A stretch of DNA of 64,000 nucleotides from NCBI GenBank assembly GCA_963768655.1, contig CAVYIM010000004.1:96001-160000 (forward strand). Reading direction: 5' to 3'. The notes under the pieces were generated by a model, which was not told where the DNA came from, made no database searches, and was given only the letters and a program-made list of their open reading frames with translations. Source of the DNA: an uncultured Chloroflexia bacterium. GTDB taxonomy: Bacteria; Chloroflexota; Limnocylindria; Limnocylindrales; CSP1-4. Shown piece after piece: positions 49,285-59,603 of this stretch (the first letter of the stretch is position 1; every line of letters starts with the position of its first letter). Position numbers and translations under genes: made by a program.

Positions 49285-50118
49285 ATGCCGCAGTTCCGCC
49301 CCAAGCTCCCCGGTCTGGTCCAGCGCTCGCCCGACGAGGCGCCTGGTACCCCGACGAGCGCGCCGCCCGATGCGCCGCGGGCCGGCTCCGGGCACCCCCC
49401 GACCGACCCGCAATCCGCCACGGCACCACTCGACAGGGACCCGCGTGCCGCCAGTGGGGCTCCGGTCGAAGGGCAGCCCGACGCGTCTCCCGGCTTGGCC
49501 GGCGCCCCGGCACGGACGTCGCTCCGGCTGCTGCGTGGATCGCCTCGACCGTTTCTGCACATGCCGTCGCTGTCCGTCCCGAGCCGCGCCGCAGTGGAAT
49601 TGGCCGCGCGGGAGTTGCTGTCAGCGCCCGTCGAGGCGGCTCGCCATCGGATCCAGAACCCGCGCGAGCTATCCGATCGGATCGCCATGGGCCGGGCAAT
49701 CTGGCGAGACCTCGTGATCGGCTTTGCCGCCCAGCTGGGCGAGCTGAACCTGGGCTTCACGCAGCTGGCGGGGATGTACGCCCTGGCGGACGGCGGGACG
49801 ATGACGGTGGCGGATCTCGCCGACTCTCTGGGCCGTTCGCCGTCGGCGGTGAGCCGGATGGTGGACGCCCTCGTCTCGCGGCAGCTGATCGAGCGGCGGC
49901 AGGATTCGGAGGACCGTCGACAGCGGACCCTGACCCTCACGGGCCGCGGCCAGGCTCTGCTGGGGCTCGTGGATCGGGCCCGAGCGGAGGAATTCCTATC
50001 CATCGTGCGGCCGCTGCCCACGGCCGAGCGAGCCGTCGTGGCGATGGGAGTCGCGGCGCTCTCGACTCATGCCATGACGCGGCGCGGTCGGCTGATCAAG
50101 CAACGGGCGCGCCGCTAG
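49285..50118 (+). CDS. MarR-family regulator divergent from fabD
   Basis: MTVADLADSLGRSPSAVSRMVDALVSRQLIERRQDSEDRRQRTLTLT. Start uncertain (49285 or 49561). Confidence 0.8.
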   Translation: MPQFRPKLPGLVQRSPDEAPGTPTSAPPDAPRAGSGHPPTDPQSATAPLDRDPRAASGAPVEGQPDASPGLAGAPARTSLRLLRGSPRPFLHMPSLSVPSRAAVELAARELLSAPVEAARHRIQNPRELSDRIAMGRAIWRDLVIGFAAQLGELNLGFTQLAGMYALADGGTMTVADLADSLGRSPSAVSRMVDALVSRQLIERRQDSEDRRQRTLTLTGRGQALLGLVDRARAEEFLSIVRPLPTAERAVVAMGVAALSTHAMTRRGRLIKQRARR

Positions 50119-50163
50119 GCAGGGTCGGGGCGGCGCTCCGCAATCGGTGGATTCGGGCTGCGG

Positions 50164-52437
50164 CTACTCGGTGTCCAGGAGTTCACGCACCTTGCGGGCC
50201 AGGCGCTCGGGGGTGAAAGGCTTGGGCAGCAGCTGGATCGCCCGGGCGCCGTCGTCGCGGAAGGCTTCGCTCGTGCCGGCGTGCCCGGACACGAGCAGCA
50301 GCCTGATGTTGGGTCGCGCCTCTCGAAGCCTGAGCGCCAGTTCCGGGCCTCGCATGCCCGGCATGATGACGTCGCTGACGAGCAGATCGATCGGGACGGA
50401 CGCAGCCGCCAGCTCGAGTGCCTCGGCGGCGCCGGCCGCCTCGATCACCGTGTATCCGTTGGAGCGAAGGCCGAGCACGGCCAGCCGTCGAACGCTGGAG
50501 TCGTCCTCGACGACCAGCACCGTCTCGGTCCCGGTCGGCGGAGGCAGCGAGACGCTCGGCTCTCGTGCGGGCCGGTCGACGCCCTCCGCCACGGGCAGGA
50601 GGATCGTCACCTCGGTTCCAACGCCGAGCCGGCTGTGAACCCAGATATGGCCCCCACTTGCCCCGACGATGCCGTGGCAAGTGGCGAGGCCGAGGCCCGT
50701 GCCTTCGCCCTGGCGCTTGGTGGTGAAGAACGGCTCGAACAGGTGACCCAGCACCTCGTCGCTCATGCCGGTGCCGGTGTCGGTCACGGCCAGGGTGACG
50801 TACTTGCCCGGGACCACGTCGGGGTGGACAGCGCGGTACTCCTCGCCGACCGCAAGGTTGGCGGTCTCGATTACGAGCCGCCCACCGTCGGGCATGGCGT
50901 CGCGGGCATTCACGGTCAGATTGACCAGCAGCTGCTGAACCTGGCCCGGGTCGGCCGTGATGATGCCCAGGCCCTCGTCCAGCTCGGCCGTGATCTCGAC
51001 GTCTTCGCCGAGCAGGCGCCGCAACATCTGGATCGATCCGGCGACGACGGCGTTGAGATCGAGCGGAACAGGCTCGATCAGCTGCTTGCGGGCGAATGAC
51101 AGGAGCTGTCGTGTGAGACTGGCTGCCCGTTCGGCCGCCTGGACGATCTCTCGCACGCCCTCACGCGCGGGATGCCCCTCCGGCAGGTCCATCATCGCCA
51201 ACTCGGCGTTGCCGAGGATGGCGGTGAGCAGGTTGTTGAAGTCGTGCGCGACGCCCCCGGCCAGCTGGCCGATGCTCTGCAGCTTCTGGGCCTGGGCCAG
51301 CTGCTGCTCCAGGACGCGCCGCTCCGTGACGTCCTGCAGCAGCCCGTCGTACGCGACCAGGGCGCCGTCCGGCGCGTACTGGGGGACCAGCGTGCTGCGC
51401 ACGAGCCGAACGGCGCCATCCTTGCGCACGATCCGATGCTCGACCGGTTGGGCCGACCCCTTGCCGACCACGTCGGCCGCCTGGCCCAGGGCCTTGTCCC
51501 TGTCCTCCGGCACGACCATCTCGATCCACAGGTCGGGATTCGCCGCGAACTCCGCGGCCGAGTAGCCCGTGACGGCGACGCTGCCGGGGCCGTGGTGAGT
51601 CTCGAGGCCGCCGCCCGGCGTGACCCGCACCGTGAACATGTAGTCGGTGATCGTTTCGGTGATGCGGCGGTATCGCTCCTCGCTCTCCCGGAGCTCGGCC
51701 GTGCGCTGGACGACCCGGTCTTCCAACTCGTCGCGGGCTGCCCGAAGCTCCTCGCGTATGGCCGTGTCCTCGATCGAGATGGCCGACTGACTGGCCATCG
51801 CGGAGAGCAGGTCAAGGTCGGCCTGGTCGAACTCCCGGTCTCCAGGCTGATTGACCGCGACGATGAGGCCGAGGGCTCGGTCTCCGTACAGGATCGGGGC
51901 GACCATCATGGGACCGTGGCCGAAGGCCACGCGCCGCGCGTGAACCCGGTCCGACTCGCGTGGGTCGCGAACGTTGCCCGGCGAGAGGGTGGCTTCGCGA
52001 TGGATCATCACCCAACCCCCGAGCCCCTCCATGATCTCGTCGTAGTCGATCAGGGCCAGCTCCTGGCTTCCTCGGCCGCCGAGGTAGTTGCCCGTGACCG
52101 CGCGCCGGTCCGAGTCGATGGCGAATAGATTTACCCGGTCGGCCGGGAGCGCCTCGGCCACGACGTCCACCAGGCGCTGGAGAAGCGTCTCGAGGGTCTC
52201 CGCTGCCACCTGCGAACTGCTGATTCGATACAGAGCCTGGGCTTTGGCCAGGGCGGCCTGGGTGGCCGCGAGCGCCTCTCCGTACCGCGCTTCCGAGGCT
52301 CGCAGCGCGCTCTCGGCCTGCTCTCGCGCGCCGAGAGGCGCCTCGCTCTCGTCGAGACGGCCTCCACCGACCGCGGCCTGGCCCGACCGGTCTTCTTCTG
52401 GGGTCTCGGAGACACGATTGTCGCGGCCTTTGTACAT
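50164..52437 (-). CDS. Cytoplasmic hybrid histidine kinase (GAF-PAS-HisKA-HATPase-REC)
   Basis: GAF, PAS (EHRIVRKDG), AHDFNNLL, NARDAMP, DTGTGM, PFFTTK, GTGLGL and REC (VEDD...DVIMP...KPF). Start inferred. Confidence 0.9.
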   Translation of the reverse strand: MYKGRDNRVSETPEEDRSGQAAVGGGRLDESEAPLGAREQAESALRASEARYGEALAATQAALAKAQALYRISSSQVAAETLETLLQRLVDVVAEALPADRVNLFAIDSDRRAVTGNYLGGRGSQELALIDYDEIMEGLGGWVMIHREATLSPGNVRDPRESDRVHARRVAFGHGPMMVAPILYGDRALGLIVAVNQPGDREFDQADLDLLSAMASQSAISIEDTAIREELRAARDELEDRVVQRTAELRESEERYRRITETITDYMFTVRVTPGGGLETHHGPGSVAVTGYSAAEFAANPDLWIEMVVPEDRDKALGQAADVVGKGSAQPVEHRIVRKDGAVRLVRSTLVPQYAPDGALVAYDGLLQDVTERRVLEQQLAQAQKLQSIGQLAGGVAHDFNNLLTAILGNAELAMMDLPEGHPAREGVREIVQAAERAASLTRQLLSFARKQLIEPVPLDLNAVVAGSIQMLRRLLGEDVEITAELDEGLGIITADPGQVQQLLVNLTVNARDAMPDGGRLVIETANLAVGEEYRAVHPDVVPGKYVTLAVTDTGTGMSDEVLGHLFEPFFTTKRQGEGTGLGLATCHGIVGASGGHIWVHSRLGVGTEVTILLPVAEGVDRPAREPSVSLPPPTGTETVLVVEDDSSVRRLAVLGLRSNGYTVIEAAGAAEALELAAASVPIDLLVSDVIMPGMRGPELALRLREARPNIRLLLVSGHAGTSEAFRDDGARAIQLLPKPFTPERLARKVRELLDTE

Positions 52438-52618
52438 CACCAATCTCTGCGCGCCCGGACGGGTCGGGAGCGGCCGAGACGGCCGAATCTCGCCCCTTCG
52501 GCCGCGGTCGCAATGCGGGACGAGTGTAGCGCGCCGCCGGCTGCCGGCCCCGACCAGTTGACGAATGTCAGGATGTGTCGCATTCGGGAGGCTACACAAG
52601 GTCTTGGAGGTTCCAGCT

Positions 52619-54070
52619 TCAGAATCGAGACCGGTGGGCCACGACCGCCGCCGAGGCGAGATGGCGGACGCTCCGATGCAGGGCGATCGTCTCGACGTCC
52701 CGCGCAACCGCCGGCAGCAGCGTTCCGTCGGCCGTCGCCCATCTGGCCGCCACGTCCACCGGGGCTTCGTGACGCAACACTGCAGCGGCCTGGACGGCGG
52801 CGCCCATGCCGACGACCTCCCGGACGTGGGGAACGGCGATCGGTCTGCCGGACAGTCGCTGGGCGACGAGCTGCCACGTGTCGCCACGTGCGCCACCGCC
52901 GACCAGCATGAGCGGCGCCTCCGGATCCACGCCCGATGAGCAGGCGTCGATGGCCTCCAGGGCGTCGAGCAACCCGACGATCGCCCCTTCGTAGGCGGCC
53001 ATCAGAATGGCCCGCGGGTCGGTCGTATGGCGAAGTCCGAGGACCGCGGCCGAGGCGTCGGGCAGGTTGGGCGTGCGCTCGCCGTCGAAGTAAGGGAGCA
53101 CCACCACGCCGGCGCTCGGTACGACGTTGTCACGGTCGATGTTCAGCCACGCGGCTACGCGGTCGACGGCGAGGGTGCAGTTCAGCGTGCAGGCCAGCGG
53201 GAGGAACCGCCCCGTGGCGTCGGCGAAGCCGGCCACGTCACCGGTGGGATCGGCGGCGCGAGTCTCCGACACGAGGAACACCGTGCCCGACGTGCCGAGG
53301 CTCAGTACCGGGACGCCGGGCCGAAGTCCGAGGCCGAGAGCCGCGCCCATATTGTCCCCGGTGCCCGGGCCGACTGCCGCTCCCGCCGGCAGGCCCAATT
53401 CCGCGGCCGCGGCGGCCGTCACTACCCCGGCCTGCTCCGTGGGCCCCAGGACGCGCGCCAGTCGATCCTCCGTCAGCCCGAGAGCCGGGAGAGCGAGGAC
53501 CTCGGGGCTGTAGCGGCCCGTCTCAGTCGACCACCAGGCCGTTCCGGAGGCGTCGCCGCGATCGGTGACGCCCGCACCGCAGAGCCTCTCGGTCAGGAAG
53601 TCGTGCGGCAGCCGGATCGCCGCGGTCCGTTCGGCGATCGCGGGCTCGCGCCGCCGCAGCCAGGCCCACTTCGAGGCGGTGAACGAAGCCACTGGAACCA
53701 CGCCCACCCTGGCCGCCCAGTGAGTGGGGCCACCGAAAGCTTCGACAAGCGCCGCCGCGTCCGGGGCAGCACGCGTGTCGTTCCACAACATCGCCGGGCG
53801 GAGGGGCTTGCCGGTCTCGTCCAGGCAGACCAGGCCGTGCTGCTGACCGGCCACCGAGATGGCCGCGACCTCGCCGGCGAGGTTCGTCTGGTGCAGCGCG
53901 GACAGGAGAGCCTGCCACCACACGTCAGGATGCGTCTCGCGGACGCCCTCGCTGCCCTCGACCGAATGCTCGGCCCGCCCGAACCCGACGGTCTCGCCCG
54001 TGTCGACATCAACGACTACCACCTTCGTTGCCTGCGTTGAGCAGTCGACCCCGGCAACTAAAGTCCTCAT
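52619..54070 (-). CDS. xylB: Xylulokinase
   Basis: GVDCSTQATK, GQQHG, LWND, GDNM, SLGTSG and GERTP; directly downstream of xylA. Confidence 0.93.
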   Translation of the reverse strand: MRTLVAGVDCSTQATKVVVVDVDTGETVGFGRAEHSVEGSEGVRETHPDVWWQALLSALHQTNLAGEVAAISVAGQQHGLVCLDETGKPLRPAMLWNDTRAAPDAAALVEAFGGPTHWAARVGVVPVASFTASKWAWLRRREPAIAERTAAIRLPHDFLTERLCGAGVTDRGDASGTAWWSTETGRYSPEVLALPALGLTEDRLARVLGPTEQAGVVTAAAAAELGLPAGAAVGPGTGDNMGAALGLGLRPGVPVLSLGTSGTVFLVSETRAADPTGDVAGFADATGRFLPLACTLNCTLAVDRVAAWLNIDRDNVVPSAGVVVLPYFDGERTPNLPDASAAVLGLRHTTDPRAILMAAYEGAIVGLLDALEAIDACSSGVDPEAPLMLVGGGARGDTWQLVAQRLSGRPIAVPHVREVVGMGAAVQAAAVLRHEAPVDVAARWATADGTLLPAVARDVETIALHRSVRHLASAAVVAHRSRF

Positions 54071-54121
54071 TGGCGTCTCCTCGCTGCTCGCGACGTCCGG
54101 CGTGTTGCTGTGGCCACCTGC

Positions 54122-55477
54122 CTACGTGTCGGTCCGGGCCCGGCGTTCCGCCGCCCAGATCTGCTGGTTCACCAGGTTCTCGAGCAGCTCCTGCCTGCCC
54201 GACACCGGCCTGGGGTCGATCTCGCCCGCGCTTACCCGGCGCTCGAGATCTTCGAGGCTGATGCCGCCCGACAGGATCGATGTCCCGAGCTCGCCGGCCC
54301 AGCCGGCGTAGCGCTCCTCGCGCAGGCGTTCGAGCGTCCCGTGCTCGACCATCGCCCCCGCCACGAGCAGGGCCTGGGCCAGCGTGTCGATGCCGCCGAT
54401 GTGGCCGTGGAAGAGGTCGGTCCGGGCCATGCTCTGGCGGCGCAGCTTGGCGTCGAAGTTGAAGCCGCCCGTGGTCAGGCCCCCGCCACGGAGGATCTCG
54501 TACATCGCCAAAGAGAGCTCGTCGACGGAGTTGGGGAACTGGTCGGTGTCCCAACCGTTCTGGTAGTCGCCGCGATTGGCGTCGATGCTGCCCAGCATGC
54601 CGTTCGCGACGGCGTAGGCGATCTCATGGTGGAAGCTGTGGCCGGAGAGCGTGGCGTGGTTCGCCTCGATGTTCAAGCGGAATTCGTCGGCCAGGCCGTG
54701 GCGGACCAGGAACCCGTGGACGATCGCGGCGTCGTGGTCGTACTGGTGCTTGGCCGGCTCGTGGGGCTTGGGCTCGATGAGGAGCGTGCCGGCGAAGCCG
54801 ATCCTGTGCTTGTGCTCGGCGACCAGGCCGAGGAAACGGGCCAGCTGCGTTTGCTCGCGGGCGAGGTCCGTGTTGAGCAGCGTGTCGTAGCCCTCGCGCC
54901 CGCCCCACAGGACATAGTTGGCGCCGCCGAGCCGCTTCGTCGCCTCGAGCACGAGCTTCACTTGCGCCGCGGCGCAGGCGAAGACCTCGGGATCTGGGTT
55001 GGTGGCGGCGCCGGCCGCGTACCGCGGGTGTCCGAACAGGTTGGCGGTGCCCCACAGCAGCTTCACACCGGTCCGGGCCATCTGCCCTGCGGCGTAGTCG
55101 ACCATCGCCTCGAGGTAGGCCTTCGTTTCGGCGGCCGTCGCGCCCTCGAGGGCGATGTCGCGGTCGTGGAAGCAGTAGAACGGGACACCCAGCTTGGCGA
55201 TGAACTCGAACGCGGCATCGAGCTTGGCCCGCCCGGCGGCCAGCGGATCCAGCCCAGGCTCCAGCCAGGGCCGGTCGAACGTGCCGGAGCCGAACATGTC
55301 TGCGCCGGGAGAGGCGAATGAATGCCACAGGCAGACGGCGATCCGGAGGTGGTCTTCCATGCGCTTGCCGAGCACGAGCCGATCGGGCTCGTAGACCTTG
55401 TACGTCAGCGGCTCGCTCGACTCGAGGCCGCCGAAAGGGATGCGCCCCGCCACCTCCGAGAAGAAGTCCTGAGTCAC
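54122..55477 (-). CDS. xylA: Xylose isomerase (class II)
   Basis: [31 protein letters not shown] and WDTDQF. SD GGAGG precedes GTG 55477. Confidence 0.97.
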   Translation of the reverse strand: MTQDFFSEVAGRIPFGGLESSEPLTYKVYEPDRLVLGKRMEDHLRIAVCLWHSFASPGADMFGSGTFDRPWLEPGLDPLAAGRAKLDAAFEFIAKLGVPFYCFHDRDIALEGATAAETKAYLEAMVDYAAGQMARTGVKLLWGTANLFGHPRYAAGAATNPDPEVFACAAAQVKLVLEATKRLGGANYVLWGGREGYDTLLNTDLAREQTQLARFLGLVAEHKHRIGFAGTLLIEPKPHEPAKHQYDHDAAIVHGFLVRHGLADEFRLNIEANHATLSGHSFHHEIAYAVANGMLGSIDANRGDYQNGWDTDQFPNSVDELSLAMYEILRGGGLTTGGFNFDAKLRRQSMARTDLFHGHIGGIDTLAQALLVAGAMVEHGTLERLREERYAGWAGELGTSILSGGISLEDLERRVSAGEIDPRPVSGRQELLENLVNQQIWAAERRARTDT

Positions 55478-55539
55478 GGTCTGTCCTCCATGCGCCTGGC
55501 CCTTGTCTTCGCGCCGGTGGACCGGAGTGCCGCCGGGGG

Positions 55540-55642
55540 CGAAGCGCTCGACTTGCAGTTTGGACCTTGACACGGCCATACGTGCCGCGCTAACTTGCCC
55601 GTCGAAGCGCTTCGACTATACGTTTCGACTACGCGCTTCGAT
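55540..55642. promoter_or_regulatory. LacI-type operator(s) and promoter between xylA and the LacI gene
   Basis: Perfect palindrome GTCGAAGCGCTTCGAC (55601-55616) with central CG. Degenerate copies at 55540-55552 and 55617-55642. TTGACA (55567)-18 bp-TAACTT. Confidence 0.78.
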
Positions 55643-55689
55643 GCAAGATGTTACTCCCCGCGTGGATGGCAACTCGACCGGAGTAACGG

Positions 55690-56748
55690 ATGTCGGCGCC
55701 GACGATGCAAGAGGTGGCCAAAAGGGCGAACGTCGCCTTGAGCACCGTTTCCTATGCACTGAACGGCACCCGGCCGGTCTCCGAGGAGACCCGTCAGCGG
55801 ATCTGGCAGGCCATGGCTGAACTCGGCTACCAGCCGCATGCTCTCGCGAGAGGCCTGGCGAGCAAGCGGAGCCACATCATCGCCCTGCTGTTCCCGGCCC
55901 TGCCGCGTGGCTTTGGGGCCACCGAGCTCGAGTTCGTCACCGGGGCGGCTGAAGCCGCCCAGAGCCACGGCTACCACCTGGTCCTCTGGCCGACCGAGAT
56001 CCACGCCGTCAGCGAGTTGCAGCAGCTCATCCGCCAGAGCCTCGTCGACGGTGTCCTGGTGATGGAGGTCCGTCTGAAGGATGAGAGGATCGAGCTGCTT
56101 CAGCAGATCGGCGTCCCGTTCAGCATGATCGGACGGCCATCCACGGCCTCCGACATGAGCTTCGCCGACATCGATTTCGAGCAGACGACCCGCGATGCCG
56201 TGGCATACCTGGTCCAGCTCGGCCACCGGCAGATCGCCTTCCTCAGCCACTCTCAAGAGCTGTTCGACGCCGGGTACGGTCCCTCCGTTCGGGCGGCCGC
56301 CGGTTTCGAGCAGGCGGCCAGGGCTGCCGGCCTGACGCCGATCAGCCGGTTCTGCGGCGACACCGCGCTGGCCGGGCAGGAGGTGTTCGAGGAGCTCATC
56401 CAGGCCCATCCGGAAGTGACCGCACTGGCCTCGATGAACGAGCGTGCGACGGTCGGCGTAATGCAGGCGGCCGCCTCGCGCGGCTGGAAGATCCCGGACG
56501 ACCTTTCGATCGTGTCTCTCGTTTCGTCGGCGCGGGTCGCCGAGATGACGCTGCCGCCCCTTACGGCTCTGACTCCGCAAAGCGCCGAACTCGGCCGCCT
56601 CGGCGTCGAGACGCTCATCGGTCAGCTCGAGGAGGACCACAGCGAGCTCGTCCAGCGGCTGCTGCCATGCCGCCTCGTCATTCGTGGCAGCGCCGGTCCA
56701 TCGCCGGACATAACCCGCCGTTCATTGCTCACCGCCAGCACGGACTGA
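55690..56748 (+). CDS. LacI-family transcriptional regulator
   Basis: TMQEVAKRANVALSTVSYALNG, LGYQP..LARGL, LGHRQIA and IPDDLSIV. Confidence 0.95.
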   Translation: MSAPTMQEVAKRANVALSTVSYALNGTRPVSEETRQRIWQAMAELGYQPHALARGLASKRSHIIALLFPALPRGFGATELEFVTGAAEAAQSHGYHLVLWPTEIHAVSELQQLIRQSLVDGVLVMEVRLKDERIELLQQIGVPFSMIGRPSTASDMSFADIDFEQTTRDAVAYLVQLGHRQIAFLSHSQELFDAGYGPSVRAAAGFEQAARAAGLTPISRFCGDTALAGQEVFEELIQAHPEVTALASMNERATVGVMQAAASRGWKIPDDLSIVSLVSSARVAEMTLPPLTALTPQSAELGRLGVETLIGQLEEDHSELVQRLLPCRLVIRGSAGPSPDITRRSLLTASTD

Positions 56749-57072
56749 CGGCAGGTCGAGCGCCGGCCGGCCGTCACGGGCGCCATCCACGAATCGAAAT
56801 GGGCAAGGAGGTGTCGAGGAGGAATGACTGGGAAGGCCCGCCTGGATGGTCCCGCTGTTCACTGCCTATTCCGCCAAGCGAATTGGCCTTCAGGAAACGC
56901 CCCGACTTCAAGGAGGTGAGAACAGGCACAGGGATTGGCCGACGAGCGCCGTCCGCCACCTACTGATGCAGGCGCCGGCGCCGTCACAAGAGGGACAGCA
57001 CAAACACCGTTCTCTCGATCGGGTCCACGCTGATAACTCGTCTAAAGGCCCAATACGGAGGAGTAGGGAAAC

Positions 57073-58482
57073 ATGCCTGACAACGAACGTCCAGTATCGC
57101 GCCGCGAGATCCTCAAGAAGGGAGCACTGGGCGCAGTCGGTCTGACCGTGCTGCCGTCAGTCCTCGCAGCATGCTCTTCCAGCGCCACGCCCAGCCCCGT
57201 GCCCACGCCTGCGCCCACGCCGACGCTCCCCCCGAACGTCACGCCCGGTCCGACGATCGTCCCGACACCAACGGCCCCGAACTACACGGGTCGCACGCTC
57301 ACGATCTGGGACTACAAATCGGCCGACAGCGCAATGGGCCAGTCCTGGGCCGCTGCGATCGACACGTTCAAGGCGACGCACCCTGGCGTCACGGTTACTC
57401 ACGAAGCGAAGGCGTTCGAGGATATCCAGTCGAACGCATCGATGATCCTCAACTCCAACGCCGCGCCGGACGTCATGGAGTACAACAAAGGCAATGCGAC
57501 CGCGGGCCTCCTGTCGACTCAGGGGTTGCTCACGGACCTCACGAGCGTCGCCACGGCCCGGGGCTGGGACAAGATCCTCACCCCGAGCCTGCAGACCACG
57601 TGCAAGTACACCGACAAGGGAATCATGGGTGGTGACAAGTGGTTCGGCGTCACCACCTACGGCGAATACGTGATGGTGTACTACAACCAGGACATGTTCA
57701 CCAAGTACAACATCACGGTCCCGACCACCCTCGCCGATTTCGAGACGGCGATGGACACCTTCGTCAAGGCCGGCATCACGCCGGTCGCCACGGGCGGCGC
57801 CGAGTATCCAGCCCAGCAGGTCTTCTACCAGCTGGTCCTGAGCCAGGCGGATCGCCAGTGGGTCAACGACTATGAGATGTATGCGAACCCGGTCGACTTC
57901 CACGACGCGGCACTGACTTTCGGTGCCAACGAATTCAAGAAGTGGATGACGAACGGGTACATGACCAAGAACGAGGTGTCCCTGACTGCCCAGCAGGCGG
58001 GCGACAGCTTCGAGGCCGGAAAGGCCCCGATCTTCCCCACCGGCAGCTGGTGGTATGGCTCGTTCATCACAGAGATCACCAAGTTCAAGTGGGGCATCTT
58101 CCTCTTCCCGGGCAACAAGCTTGCCCCTGGTTCGAGCGGCAACATCTGGGTCATTCCGACGGGTTCGAAGAATGCGGACCTGGCGGAGGACTTCATCGAC
58201 ATCACTCTGACGACACCGATTCAGAACATCATGGGTCGGGCCGGTGGCCTGCCGGTCAACGCGGATCCGACGGCTATCACCGATCCTGCTCTTCAGGCGT
58301 TCAACCAGAGCTTCCAGACACTCCTGAAGAACGATGGCCTGGCCTACTATCCTGACTGGCCTGTCGCGGGCTTCTACAACGTGCTCGTTTCGAACGTGCA
58401 GAACCTGATGAATGGCCAGGATCCGTCGGCGTTCCTGGACTCAATCGGTAAGGCGTACAACGCCGGCAAGCCGTCCCTCTAG
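57073..58482 (+). CDS. Carbohydrate ABC transporter solute-binding lipoprotein (Tat signal)
   Basis: SRREILK twin-Arg signal, lipobox LAAC, Pro/Thr linker and CUT1-type SBP body. Confidence 0.92.
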   Translation: MPDNERPVSRREILKKGALGAVGLTVLPSVLAACSSSATPSPVPTPAPTPTLPPNVTPGPTIVPTPTAPNYTGRTLTIWDYKSADSAMGQSWAAAIDTFKATHPGVTVTHEAKAFEDIQSNASMILNSNAAPDVMEYNKGNATAGLLSTQGLLTDLTSVATARGWDKILTPSLQTTCKYTDKGIMGGDKWFGVTTYGEYVMVYYNQDMFTKYNITVPTTLADFETAMDTFVKAGITPVATGGAEYPAQQVFYQLVLSQADRQWVNDYEMYANPVDFHDAALTFGANEFKKWMTNGYMTKNEVSLTAQQAGDSFEAGKAPIFPTGSWWYGSFITEITKFKWGIFLFPGNKLAPGSSGNIWVIPTGSKNADLAEDFIDITLTTPIQNIMGRAGGLPVNADPTAITDPALQAFNQSFQTLLKNDGLAYYPDWPVAGFYNVLVSNVQNLMNGQDPSAFLDSIGKAYNAGKPSL

Positions 58483-58540
58483 GCCAGGGCGCCAGTCCGC
58501 TAGTGCGGCTTCAACTGGTTGCTCGGTAAGTCGATGGGCT

Positions 58541-58590
58541 GAGCGCCGCCGGACCGCCGGACCTCACTCCGGCTGGTCCCGGCGGCGCTC
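58541..58590 (+). terminator. Long GC-rich stem-loop after the SBP gene (mRNA stabiliser or partial terminator)
   Basis: GAGCGCCGCC-GGACC-GCCGGA pairs with TCCGGC-TGGTCC-CGGCGGCGCTC; there is no U-tract. Confidence 0.6.
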
Positions 58591-58699
58591 GCCGAACCCT
58601 CTAGAATCGGTCGCCAGCTGCCGCGCCTGCGGGTCAAGCGGGGCACGTCCGTGCCAGGACGAAGCGAACCCGGCCATGGGGCGAAAGGAGAGCAATGGC

Positions 58700-59602
58700 A
58701 TGAGTCGGCGGTCCTCCCTGGACGGTGGCTATGCGATCTTCATGCTGCCGGGATTGGTCGCCTTCCTGGTCGTGATGGTTGGCCCCTTCCTGGCCACGAT
58801 TGCCGTCAGCTTCACGACATGGAACGGCGTGCAAGTACCGAAATGGACCGGCGTAGACAACTACGTCAACTTGCTCAGCGACCCGTACTTCGTGGCATCG
58901 TTCCAGAACACCTTCGTTCTGCTCCTGGCCATGGTCGTCATACCGACGATCTTGGGCTTGCTCCTGGCCGGTCTGCTCTACAGCTTCGTCGGCCGCAGGT
59001 TTGGTCCGAGAACCGCCAGCTTCTTTCGTGCAGGCTTCTATCTCCCGCAGGTGATGCCCGTCGCGGTCGCCGGCGTCGTGTGGGGCTGGATACTCACTCC
59101 CGACGGGGCCTTGAACTCGATCCTCCAGTCCGCAGGCCTCGGCGTCCTGGCCCAGAATTGGCTCGGCAACCCGGACATCGCTCTCTTCTCGGTGATGGGA
59201 ATGATGGTGTGGTTCCAGATCGGGTTCCCGCTGGTCATCTTCTTCACCGCACTTCAGCGAATGGATCAGACGATCATTGAGGCAGCGGCACTCGACGGAG
59301 CTTCTGGCTGGCAAACATTCATACACGTGACGATCCACCAGATACGACCGGAGATATTCGTGGTTGTCCTGATGACGACCATTGCCACGTTCAAGGTATT
59401 CGCCCAGGTCTTTGTCCTGACAAGAGGTGGGCCTGGCACGGCCACCTACGTGCCGTCGTACTACACGTACTTGAACTTCTTCCAGAAGGACCAGGTCGGG
59501 CTTGGGTCGGCCGTAGCCACGATCGTGACCGTGGTCGTTCTCGTCGTTGCCGCAGTATTCATCAACTTCCAGGCGAGACGTGACCTTGCGAAGGAGTCCT
59601 AG
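58700..59602 (+). CDS. Carbohydrate ABC transporter permease 1
   Basis: Six TM segments and the EAA motif EAAALDGA. Confidence 0.92.
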   Translation: MSRRSSLDGGYAIFMLPGLVAFLVVMVGPFLATIAVSFTTWNGVQVPKWTGVDNYVNLLSDPYFVASFQNTFVLLLAMVVIPTILGLLLAGLLYSFVGRRFGPRTASFFRAGFYLPQVMPVAVAGVVWGWILTPDGALNSILQSAGLGVLAQNWLGNPDIALFSVMGMMVWFQIGFPLVIFFTALQRMDQTIIEAAALDGASGWQTFIHVTIHQIRPEIFVVVLMTTIATFKVFAQVFVLTRGGPGTATYVPSYYTYLNFFQKDQVGLGSAVATIVTVVVLVVAAVFINFQARRDLAKES

Positions 59603-59603
59603 C

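Noticed and set aside
48132-50021. 629-aa FabD fusion
   Set aside because: The extension is antisense to the MarR gene; FabD starts at MDRIAFVFPGQG (49091).
56800-56966. Small ORFs near strong SD-like AAGGAGG sequences upstream of the SBP gene
   Set aside because: SD-to-start spacing is poor and the peptides show no recognisable features.
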